DNA from: Candidatus Saccharimonadota bacterium
GTDB taxonomy: Bacteria; Patescibacteriota; Saccharimonadia; Saccharimonadales; Saccharimonadaceae
Direction of reading: 5' to 3'
DNA length: 56,519 nt
Assembly: GCA_018060465.1 (NCBI GenBank)
Contig: JAGOVX010000001.1
Coordinates: 1-56,519 of the forward strand
Positions 27,212-34,764 of this stretch are shown here, one piece after another (within the stretch, counting starts at the first letter, position 1; the number at the start of each line of letters is the position of its first letter). The translations under genes and the position numbers were made by a program. The notes under the pieces are model-generated. The model ran no database searches. It saw only the letters and a list, made by a program, of their open reading frames with translations, and had not been told where the DNA came from.

Positions 27212-27902
27212 TCGATGTCCCCTGTCGATAACTTCCCTGCGCTTGATCGCTGGTTATTTTACCATGATCTATCGTCACAACCCGACGTTTTAGCTTGTTT
27301 ACTATTTCAACATTGTGAGTTGTCAAAAGAACAGTTGTGCCATAGTGATTGATCTTTTCCAGCAACCGCACGATATCCCAGCTATGTTTTGGATCGAGGT
27401 TTCCGGTCGGCTCATCCGCAATTAAAATTTTTGGTTGACGCACCACAGCACGAGCAATCGCCACACGCTGACGTTCACCGCCACTCAGTTGGTGAGGAAA
27501 ACTTTTTTCCTTGCCGCCCAATCCCACAAGTTCAATCACCTTTGGTACTGTGTTTTTTATTTCTCGATTGGTCATGCCGGCAATCTCTAGGGCAAATGCG
27601 ATGTTTTCATATACAGTACGTTGCGGCAATAGTTTGAAATCCTGAAATACGACACCGATTTTACGTCGCAACAAGGGTATGTGCTTGTCTTTTAACGAAT
27701 CGTAGTCGATTCCGCCAACCACAATTTTACCGCTAGTTGGCTTTTCTTCTCTGGTTAATAGCTTCAGCAATGTTGACTTTCCGGCACCGCTGGTTCCTAC
27801 AAGTATCACAAATTCTTTCGGTTTTACGTGAAGACTAATGCGACTAATCGCCGGCTTGGCCGTGTTTCCGTATGTTTTTGTTACCCTATCTAGCAGAATC
27901 AT
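27204..27902 (-). CDS. ftsE: Cell division ATP-binding protein FtsE
   Basis: Walker A GTSGAGKST, signature LSGGERQRVAIARA, Walker B ILIADEPTGNLD. Confidence 0.9.
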   Translation of the reverse strand: MILLDRVTKTYGNTAKPAISRISLHVKPKEFVILVGTSGAGKSTLLKLLTREEKPTSGKIVVGGIDYDSLKDKHIPLLRRKIGVVFQDFKLLPQRTVYENIAFALEIAGMTNREIKNTVPKVIELVGLGGKEKSFPHQLSGGERQRVAIARAVVRQPKILIADEPTGNLDPKHSWDIVRLLEKINHYGTTVLLTTHNVEIVNKLKRRVVTIDHGKITSDQAQGSYRQGTSNG

Positions 27903-27935
27903 CTAGTACTGATTATACCATATTATGCTTATGGA

Positions 27936-29102
27936 TTATTCGTAGGTGGCAAGATCGTAGCACACGCGGCCCGCAGCGTGGGAATACGTAGACGGATTGG
28001 TTGAGCGCTCTTTTCCCGAACCATCGTAGCTTGAGTTGTTCATCGATGCTTTGACATATTTCACGCAAAGCTGATACCAGTGGCCTTCAGAATCGCTGCT
28101 CGTTGCCGTACTTGAGCCACCATAGCCTTGCTCCTCATTATAGGAGCCGTATGTGTTGACGCCAACGCCAGATGTTGGCTTGGTCTGCGGTGTATATTCT
28201 ACCAATTTTTCCTTCACAAGTTGCGCGCCCTTATCATCAAGCTTACTAGTGATAGAAGCTAGATCGTGCGGCAGCGCCTTATTTTCTTGCGCGTACTGAT
28301 TTATTGCCACGCTTACCTTGCCTAGATTATCTGCAATAAGACGATCATTCCTGGATTGACGTGTGGCATTGACAGGGCCAGCAATAGCGAGTCCTACTGT
28401 TATTAGCATCAATACAAGCATTGCCAAACGAAAACGTTTCGCAGGCATCACCTTGCCACCCGACCATAGTATGCGTACCAAAAATGCGACATACAGGCCG
28501 CTACCAAACAATGACCATGCGAGCATCACGAACGGTTCCTGGGAGTCACTGATCTCACCAACTAGCATCCGTACCAATGCATACATGACGGTTATCATCG
28601 TACTAACACCGAACAATGAGAAAATAACAGCGTGAAGGACCATAATCCCCATGCTCACGCCAGTTTTGGTGGCTTCTTCGTATTTGCTGTAAAAACGATC
28701 ACATGCAAATGCAACAATAGTTAGCACCACTGTTGCCGCAAGTTCGTACACCATCAAACTGCTAAGATCAAAGAAGCTCTGTGCCTCACCCTCCAGAAAA
28801 TAACTCACCGCATACCCAAACAAGAGCATCATTGCTGCGATAGAACAACCCCAAAATGCATATGTAAGCCACTGCAAGACAAACACTCCGGGATTCGCCT
28901 TTGACGCTTCATGAACCGCTGTTTCAGTGGGCGGCACTTGCTGATACGGCTCGGTCTTTACCTGAATTTCTTGCGCTGGCTGTTGCCCGTCCAATTTTGC
29001 AGATGCTTCGGACACTTCGCTATAATCTTTCACTACGACTTCATGCGTTTCACTTATCGCAGAGTCATTTTTTTGGCTATCGGTGGTATCGTGTTCGTTC
29101 AC
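27936..29102 (-). CDS. Multi-TM hypothetical protein with an acidic N-terminus and an extracytoplasmic C-terminal domain
   Basis: About 6 hydrophobic helices. After the last one, NATRQSRNDRLIADNLGKVSVAINQYAQENKALPHDL resembles the alpha1-C region of type IV pilin/pseudopilin-like proteins. This is tentative. Confidence 0.45.
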   Translation of the reverse strand: MNEHDTTDSQKNDSAISETHEVVVKDYSEVSEASAKLDGQQPAQEIQVKTEPYQQVPPTETAVHEASKANPGVFVLQWLTYAFWGCSIAAMMLLFGYAVSYFLEGEAQSFFDLSSLMVYELAATVVLTIVAFACDRFYSKYEEATKTGVSMGIMVLHAVIFSLFGVSTMITVMYALVRMLVGEISDSQEPFVMLAWSLFGSGLYVAFLVRILWSGGKVMPAKRFRLAMLVLMLITVGLAIAGPVNATRQSRNDRLIADNLGKVSVAINQYAQENKALPHDLASITSKLDDKGAQLVKEKLVEYTPQTKPTSGVGVNTYGSYNEEQGYGGSSTATSSDSEGHWYQLCVKYVKASMNNSSYDGSGKERSTNPSTYSHAAGRVCYDLATYE

Positions 29103-29146
29103 TTGCTACCTCGCTTATGGTTTCTTTTTGTTATTATACCACCCTG

Positions 29147-30217
29147 CTATTGTTCAAGAAACTGGTCAATAAACCCGTCGAGTTTGCCATCAAGTACGCT
29201 AGCGGCATCACGATCTTCATATTTAGTACGCGTATCTTTGACGAGCGTATAGGGGTGCAGCACATAGTTGCGAATCTGGCTGCCCCAGTTGGCACTCTCG
29301 CCTGCTTGTAGGTCACTCAGTTTTTCGGCATGTTGCTCGAGTTTAAGCTGGGCGAGTTTTGAGCGCAAAATCTTTAGTGCCGTTTCTTTGTTTTGCAGTT
29401 GGCTGCGTTCGTTCTGAATTGCTACTACAATATTGGTTGGTAAATGCGTTACTCGTACGGCGCTGTCGGTAGTATTAACACTTTGGCCGCCGTGGCCGCC
29501 CGCACGGTATACGTCAACCTTTACGTCCTTTTCGTCCAGCTGTACTTCGTCTGGTGCGTCAATTTGTGGCAAAACTTCAACGAGTGCAAAGCTCGTTTGG
29601 CGCAAGTTGTCACTATTAAACGGGCTCAATCGTACAAGCCGGTGCACACCATGTTCGCCCTTTAATTTTCCATAGGCATAGGCGCCTTCGATTTCAAAAA
29701 CACTCGTTTTTATACCCGCTTCTTCACCGGTTGAGCGTTCAACATTTTTCGTTGATATGCCAGACTTCTCTGCCCAGCGCAAGTACATTCGCTCAATCAT
29801 TGCAGCCCAGTCCTGCGCATCAGTGCCACCTACGCCAGCGGTTATACGAAGGATTGCGTTATGGTCGTCAAATTCACCGGTAAACAAAAGTTGTTTTTTT
29901 AGCGCGGCGAATTCTGCTTCGAGTGCCGAAATTTGCTCATCAAACTCACGCAGCATCGTTTCATCACTCATTTCAAGAAGCTCTGCAATGTCGTGCACCT
30001 GCGCTTCAAGTGTCAGCCATGGCTCAATGAGACTCCGCACACTGGCCGCGTGCTTGCTGACGCCTTGCGCGTGCGTCGGATTATTCCAAATCTCTGGTTC
30101 GGCCAGTTCATTATCAAGCGTCGCAAGTTCGGCCTGTTTTTCAGACAGCTTAAGTCGCGCCATCGCCGCCGCACTGTCCTTGGAAAGAGTTTGTATACGT
30201 TTCATGAGAGGTTGCAT
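29147..30217 (-). CDS. prfB: Peptide chain release factor 2 (uninterrupted ORF; start refined to the ATG at 30217)
   Basis: SPF tripeptide (RLSPFNS) and GGQ (AGGHGGQSVNTTDSAVRVTHLPT). The N-terminal region is continuous, so no +1 frameshift site is needed. Confidence 0.95.
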   Translation of the reverse strand: MQPLMKRIQTLSKDSAAAMARLKLSEKQAELATLDNELAEPEIWNNPTHAQGVSKHAASVRSLIEPWLTLEAQVHDIAELLEMSDETMLREFDEQISALEAEFAALKKQLLFTGEFDDHNAILRITAGVGGTDAQDWAAMIERMYLRWAEKSGISTKNVERSTGEEAGIKTSVFEIEGAYAYGKLKGEHGVHRLVRLSPFNSDNLRQTSFALVEVLPQIDAPDEVQLDEKDVKVDVYRAGGHGGQSVNTTDSAVRVTHLPTNIVVAIQNERSQLQNKETALKILRSKLAQLKLEQHAEKLSDLQAGESANWGSQIRNYVLHPYTLVKDTRTKYEDRDAASVLDGKLDGFIDQFLEQ

Positions 30218-30261
30218 CCCCTCTATTGTACCACCCCGTCCCCGTCCCACCTTTCCCCCTT

Positions 30262-30293
30262 CACAAAAAATAACCGGCCGGACATTTTTTGTG
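30262..30293 (-). terminator. Hairpin CACAAAAAAT-(GTCCGGCCGGTT)-ATTTTTTGTG with an A/T-flanked GC core; a likely bidirectional-type intrinsic terminator after 30299..30841
   Basis: 10-bp perfect outer arms plus an inner CCGG/CCGG pairing, read directly. Confidence 0.5.
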
Positions 30294-30298
30294 AATAG

Positions 30299-30841
30299 TT
30301 ACATGATTCGGATCGATTCATACACTTGCACATACTCCTCTAGGCTGTCCTGTCGAATTGATTCAGTTAGGTACTCCAGTACGTCAAATTCTGTCTGCCA
30401 CACGCTCTGCTGCACAGGCTTAAAATATAATTCACGCAAGGTTGTTCGCAGTTTTCGCCTCAGGTGTCTGTGTGATTCTGGGATGTCGAAAATCACCAAA
30501 ATGGCCGCATTACTTTGAAGATATTTTGGCTGGTACCGATTGAGCGTTCGCACACCTTGCTCTGTTAACTGCGGCATACCCTCATCATTCTTGACTATAA
30601 GCCCATCATTTAGCGCACGATAATACGACCCGCGCACCGCCGTAACCTTGTACGATCGATCACTCAGTTTTTCAAGGTCGTTGAAAAATCTATTTGGCGA
30701 AAAGCTAAGTTTCAAGTTTGCCTCTGTATATGGCACCAGCGCGCTCAGTACATAATGAAGGCTTGAGTGATATTTGTTGTGAAGCCGTGTATGCTCGTGT
30801 GTTCTTTTACTCATACTGTTTTTATTGTACACGATATTCAC
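30299..30841 (-). CDS. PaaX-like / Cas2-fold domain protein (putative regulator), tentative
   Basis: The C-terminal block AILVIFDIPESHRHLRRKLRTTLRELYFKPVQQSVWQT has the ferredoxin-like pattern of the PaaX C-domain and Cas2. The N-terminal half could be a winged helix. Confidence 0.4.
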   Translation of the reverse strand: MNIVYNKNSMSKRTHEHTRLHNKYHSSLHYVLSALVPYTEANLKLSFSPNRFFNDLEKLSDRSYKVTAVRGSYYRALNDGLIVKNDEGMPQLTEQGVRTLNRYQPKYLQSNAAILVIFDIPESHRHLRRKLRTTLRELYFKPVQQSVWQTEFDVLEYLTESIRQDSLEEYVQVYESIRIM

Positions 30842-30893
30842 GGAACGTGTCCGGCCGGTTAAGTTTTGTGAATGATAGTGAGCGGAGTGTTGC

Positions 30894-32150
30894 TTACAAT
30901 TCGTTTACCCATGGCTGGGCTGGATGGTTTGCGTCTTTGTCAAACAAACTCTCAGGCACATCAAGCGGCAGTGCTGTGTAGCCACGAGTCAAGGCCATGC
31001 GATAGGCTGCGCGTAGTTCGTCTACTTCACCCACGCATTCAAATGGCTTCATAGCATCGTCAATCCCTAGCAGGCCTTTAAAATCATCCACTAGGTCTGG
31101 GTTGGCTAACAAATCACTGCCAAAAACATCGCGTAGTTCTGCTGGGTCGACAAATGGCGCAAACAACAAATAGCTATTGGCACATTTCGAGCACGTACCG
31201 CACCAGCCAAGAGTTGTGTTGTCGTTGCCCTGCCTATAATTACCAACATTACATGACGAGAAACTTCGGCCATACCTGCCCCATGCGTGCTGTACAAAAA
31301 GTTCTGCAATATGAAGTTCGGTAAACGACCGCAGCGGTGATCCAACGCGCATATCCGTGGCTATATAGCGCCGCACATATTCTGAAAACATCTGCTCGGC
31401 TGGCCACGTTTTTGACCATTGATGGTTAACTGCCATGTCACCCACGTATGCATGTGCTTCGGCACCTTCGTTTCCAATACCAAGGAGCACGGTGTTTTCG
31501 CCATGCAGCACCGCATCGATAATCGCAAAGCTCGTGACGATATATGTTACTGGCACATGGCCATTCAAGCCACCGTTTTCTTTGGCACGCGCTAGTTCAT
31601 CGCGGGCAATGATTCGCTTTACTACCCGCAGCGGTGTTTCAAATGTATCGAGCACACTCGGATGAACATCGGTTGAACTCACATACCACGGTGTAGATGC
31701 CGTGCCTTTTTCGCGCAGCATCGAAGCAAGCAAAAGTGAATCTTTGCCACCACTCTGCAAGCACACTATACCTTCTGCACCTAGCTCCCCTGCACTTTTG
31801 CTTTCACCAGTTGCATCAAAATACACCAGTGTATTCGGATCAAGTTTATTTTCAAATATAAATTGGCTGAGCCCATCGCGGTACACACTGTTTAAAAAGT
31901 TTGCCTGCCACTCATCAACTACAAACGGCAATTCGGCTTTAGCAGCCGGAAAACATTTATAATACGACGTTCCTACCAGCAAAAATGCCAACCGCAAGGC
32001 CGCATCGAACACTACTTGATTCACATCACCAGCCGGTGGCGCAAACGCAAGCCGCTCGGTATATACATAGTCGCGAATTTTGTACGTAAAATACGCTTCG
32101 TGCGTATCAGGCGAATAGCCATATGAATCAAATACAAAAACGTCGTTCAT
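30894..32150 (-). CDS. PP-loop (SGGxDS) ATP pyrophosphatase-superfamily protein; possible MurL-like epimerase (start refined)
   Basis: CLQSGGKDSLL is a PP-loop. A C-terminal Cys cluster is present (SSCNVGNY...WCGTCSKCANSYLL). The track start (32225) overlaps murD by 74 nt. The ATG at 32150 (MNDVFVFDSYGY) lies 1 nt after the murD stop. Confidence 0.6.
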   Translation of the reverse strand: MNDVFVFDSYGYSPDTHEAYFTYKIRDYVYTERLAFAPPAGDVNQVVFDAALRLAFLLVGTSYYKCFPAAKAELPFVVDEWQANFLNSVYRDGLSQFIFENKLDPNTLVYFDATGESKSAGELGAEGIVCLQSGGKDSLLLASMLREKGTASTPWYVSSTDVHPSVLDTFETPLRVVKRIIARDELARAKENGGLNGHVPVTYIVTSFAIIDAVLHGENTVLLGIGNEGAEAHAYVGDMAVNHQWSKTWPAEQMFSEYVRRYIATDMRVGSPLRSFTELHIAELFVQHAWGRYGRSFSSCNVGNYRQGNDNTTLGWCGTCSKCANSYLLFAPFVDPAELRDVFGSDLLANPDLVDDFKGLLGIDDAMKPFECVGEVDELRAAYRMALTRGYTALPLDVPESLFDKDANHPAQPWVNEL

Positions 32151-32151
32151 A

Positions 32152-33441
32152 CTACGATGCTTGTACAATTGCCCTAAATTGCTCACCACGATCGGTAAAG
32201 TTTTTAAACATATCAAAGCTGGCACAGCCAGGACTTAGCAGTACAACATCACCTTCTTTTGCAGCATGTTGCGCCATCAAGACGATAGGCTTCAGTGTTG
32301 TATCGTCACAGATTGTGTAGCGATCAAAATGAACCGCCACAAATGCATCACGTATCTTATCTTTTGTTTGGCCCATTACAAATATATGTTTCACAGTTGC
32401 GTCGGTTGCAACAACGCGTGCCAAATCATCATATTCCACACCTTTATCGAAGCCGCCAACTAGTAAAATCTTTGGGGCGCTAAATGATTTCAGCGCCGCT
32501 TTGGTTGCTCCAACAGCCGATGAATAGCTATCATTAATATAGGTCACGCCGTTTACTTCGCGTACAAACTCAATCCTATGTGGCAAGCCGTGAAAGTCAC
32601 GTAAACCATCTTCAAAACCAGTCGTACTACCAAGAAACGCAAACACCGCAGTCATTGCAGCGCATGCATTCTCGACATTGTGCGGACCAGGCAATTGCAG
32701 CGCATTGACTGCACACACCACCGCGCCATCAAGCACAAAATTGCCGCCATCTTCATGTACACTGCCCGGCTCGTCTACGCTAAAACGAATAACGCGTCCT
32801 TGCGTAGCCGCAGCTGCAACTTCAGCCGATACTTTGTTGTTTGGATGCACTACACATACGTCATTTGCAGTTTGAAATCGGCGAATCATTTTTTTTGCCT
32901 CTACATAGTCACCCATGTCTTGGTGTATGTCCATGTGATCAGGCTCAACCATCAGCACCACTGCTATGTGCGGACTTGTTTCGAGATCCCACAATTGAAA
33001 ACTACTCATTTCAAATACCACCACATGGTCTGACGTAATTTTTGGAAGTTCACCCAAAGCGGGTGTACCTATATTGCCAAGTAAATGTACTGTTTTGCCT
33101 GATGCGCGCAGTATGCTAGAAATTAAACTAGCGGTTGTGCCTTTGCCTTTCGTGCCAGTAACACCGATAATCGGCGCGGGGCATTTTGCAAAAAATTCAT
33201 TCGTTGCGCTCCATATCTTACCATCAGTAACAATTTTTCGCGGTGCTAAACTCGCCGTACGCACCACCATGTCGAACCCTTGCAAATTGCCAAACACATC
33301 GGCACCCGTTAGCACGCGTGCATCCGCCGGAACCTCTACGGGCATCTTTTCATCAACAATCGTCAGTTCGTTGCCGGGAGTATTCCAATATTCAAAACTC
33401 GCCCGTCCTTCTAACCCAAACCCTGCGATCGCAATCTTCAT
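32152..33441 (-). CDS. murD: UDP-N-acetylmuramoyl-L-alanine--glutamate ligase (MurD family; D- versus L-Glu specificity not decidable)
   Basis: N-terminal Rossmann IAIAGFGLEGRA, P-loop GVTGTKGKGTT, C-terminal LLSPGCASFDMFKNFTDRGEQF. Confidence 0.85.
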   Translation of the reverse strand: MKIAIAGFGLEGRASFEYWNTPGNELTIVDEKMPVEVPADARVLTGADVFGNLQGFDMVVRTASLAPRKIVTDGKIWSATNEFFAKCPAPIIGVTGTKGKGTTASLISSILRASGKTVHLLGNIGTPALGELPKITSDHVVVFEMSSFQLWDLETSPHIAVVLMVEPDHMDIHQDMGDYVEAKKMIRRFQTANDVCVVHPNNKVSAEVAAAATQGRVIRFSVDEPGSVHEDGGNFVLDGAVVCAVNALQLPGPHNVENACAAMTAVFAFLGSTTGFEDGLRDFHGLPHRIEFVREVNGVTYINDSYSSAVGATKAALKSFSAPKILLVGGFDKGVEYDDLARVVATDATVKHIFVMGQTKDKIRDAFVAVHFDRYTICDDTTLKPIVLMAQHAAKEGDVVLLSPGCASFDMFKNFTDRGEQFRAIVQAS

Positions 33442-33450
33442 AGTATTAGT

Positions 33451-34737
33451 TTACTCGTGATGGAACAACGTGTCGAGTTTGTCGCTGAGATCTACGATCG
33501 TTTCCTTGCTCCCGCTACTGACGCCTGCCAACGCCCAGGTATTGTGCGCGATGAAACTTTGAGCTGTTGAGATCATCAAGTCACGACTAGTTTTTCGAAT
33601 GGCATCAGGCACTTTTTCATAATCCTTAACCACACCATCAGCAAAATACCGGTTTGTATAAAAGTTGCTAATTTGTGCAACGGTTTGCGCACCCATTTGA
33701 TACCGACCCAATGCATAACTTTTGGCAGCCAAAAGTTCGTCTTCAGAAATTTTTCCATCAAGTACCGCGTGAATTTCACGTACGATAATATCAAATAGTG
33801 GCTTGGCAGTATCGAGGTTTACTTGGCCGCCAAAGTCCCAGCAGCTATCGTGGAATCCGACAGACGTATCAGAAAATACATGGTACGCCAGGCCCTTCGA
33901 ACGCGCTGCTCCGTATATACGCGAATGCATTGTACCCGTAAGGATGTGGTCGAGCGCATCCATGGCATCAGACTCCTCGTCACTAATTTCGCGAGGTATC
34001 ATAAGGCTAAAACCAAAAGTAAGATTGCTTGCCTCTTTACGTCGAATAAGCGTTGGATTTGCCTTTGATAACACATCACGCGGCACGCTAAATCGCTCGC
34101 CTGGTTTCAATTCCCAATCTTCCAGTTGACGAATAATCTCACTGCGCCGACCATGCAACTTTCCTGCAATAACAAAGCGCATATTGTGTGCCGTATGTGT
34201 TCGTCGGTAATGCTCTTTTATGTCTGAAAGTTTTACATTGTTGATCGTCTTGAGTCGCTGCCAATACGTCAGAGTATCCTCACCTAGTAGCTGCTGCACT
34301 TTTGGCCACAACATACGGTTGTGATTGTTCAAATAACCCGTTAGCTCACTTCGAACATTGCCTTTTTCTGCTTCTAATTCGGCTTCATTAAATCGTGGCG
34401 AACAAATAGCCAGCTGCTGTAATTTAAGAATCCTCTCCCACTCAAAATCGGCACAATCAGCCACATACACCATCGAAAGATCACTCGTAAATGCATTATG
34501 GTAGGCGCCGTTCTTGGTAAACTCCGCTTCATAATCTTGCTCATTTTTAAAACCGGCATTTCCACCAAATGCCATATGCTCCATAATATGCGCAGTTTCG
34601 TAAATGTCCTTGTGCTTCACATATCGATTGCCCGCACGGAACTGAAACTGAAAACTCATCACGGTCGCACCCGGTACATTTATCAGCAGTCCGCTTGCAC
34701 CATTTCGTAGTTTTACTTCTTGAATTGTATGATTCAT
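33451..34737 (-). CDS. M16 (pitrilysin/insulinase) family zinc peptidase
   Basis: Inverted zinc motif HxxEH (HIMEHMAFGG), about 430 aa in the two-lobe size class. Confidence 0.8.
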   Translation of the reverse strand: MNHTIQEVKLRNGASGLLINVPGATVMSFQFQFRAGNRYVKHKDIYETAHIMEHMAFGGNAGFKNEQDYEAEFTKNGAYHNAFTSDLSMVYVADCADFEWERILKLQQLAICSPRFNEAELEAEKGNVRSELTGYLNNHNRMLWPKVQQLLGEDTLTYWQRLKTINNVKLSDIKEHYRRTHTAHNMRFVIAGKLHGRRSEIIRQLEDWELKPGERFSVPRDVLSKANPTLIRRKEASNLTFGFSLMIPREISDEESDAMDALDHILTGTMHSRIYGAARSKGLAYHVFSDTSVGFHDSCWDFGGQVNLDTAKPLFDIIVREIHAVLDGKISEDELLAAKSYALGRYQMGAQTVAQISNFYTNRYFADGVVKDYEKVPDAIRKTSRDLMISTAQSFIAHNTWALAGVSSGSKETIVDLSDKLDTLFHHE

Positions 34738-34764
34738 GTGGTGTAATCTTTCTCGGCTACGATG

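Noticed and set aside
29147-30250. I looked for the programmed +1 frameshift site (CUU UGA C type) common in bacterial prfB.
   Set aside because: The ORF is continuous from the N-terminal region (MQPLMKRIQTL...) through SPF and GGQ. No in-frame UGA interruption is present. The GTG-initiated 11-codon extension in the track is probably not translated.
29757-30518. A long plus-strand ORF (253 aa) lies antisense to prfB. Similar long antisense ORFs lie at 41921..42556, 42673..43287, 13216..13722, 36983..37420 and 54524..55000.
   Set aside because: Each lies wholly inside a well-supported gene on the other strand. Their composition is low-complexity Ser/Pro/Arg/Cys-rich or hydrophobic, as expected for shadow frames. 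None has an SD or recognisable motifs.
30299-30841. A Cas2-like sequence pattern (ILVIFDIPE...RRKLR..L....F.PVQQSVW) hints at a CRISPR-associated gene.
   Set aside because: No repeat-spacer array, cas1 or other cas gene occurs anywhere in the window. The same fold occurs in PaaX-type regulators, and the gene has its own terminator. I treated it as a PaaX-like regulator candidate.
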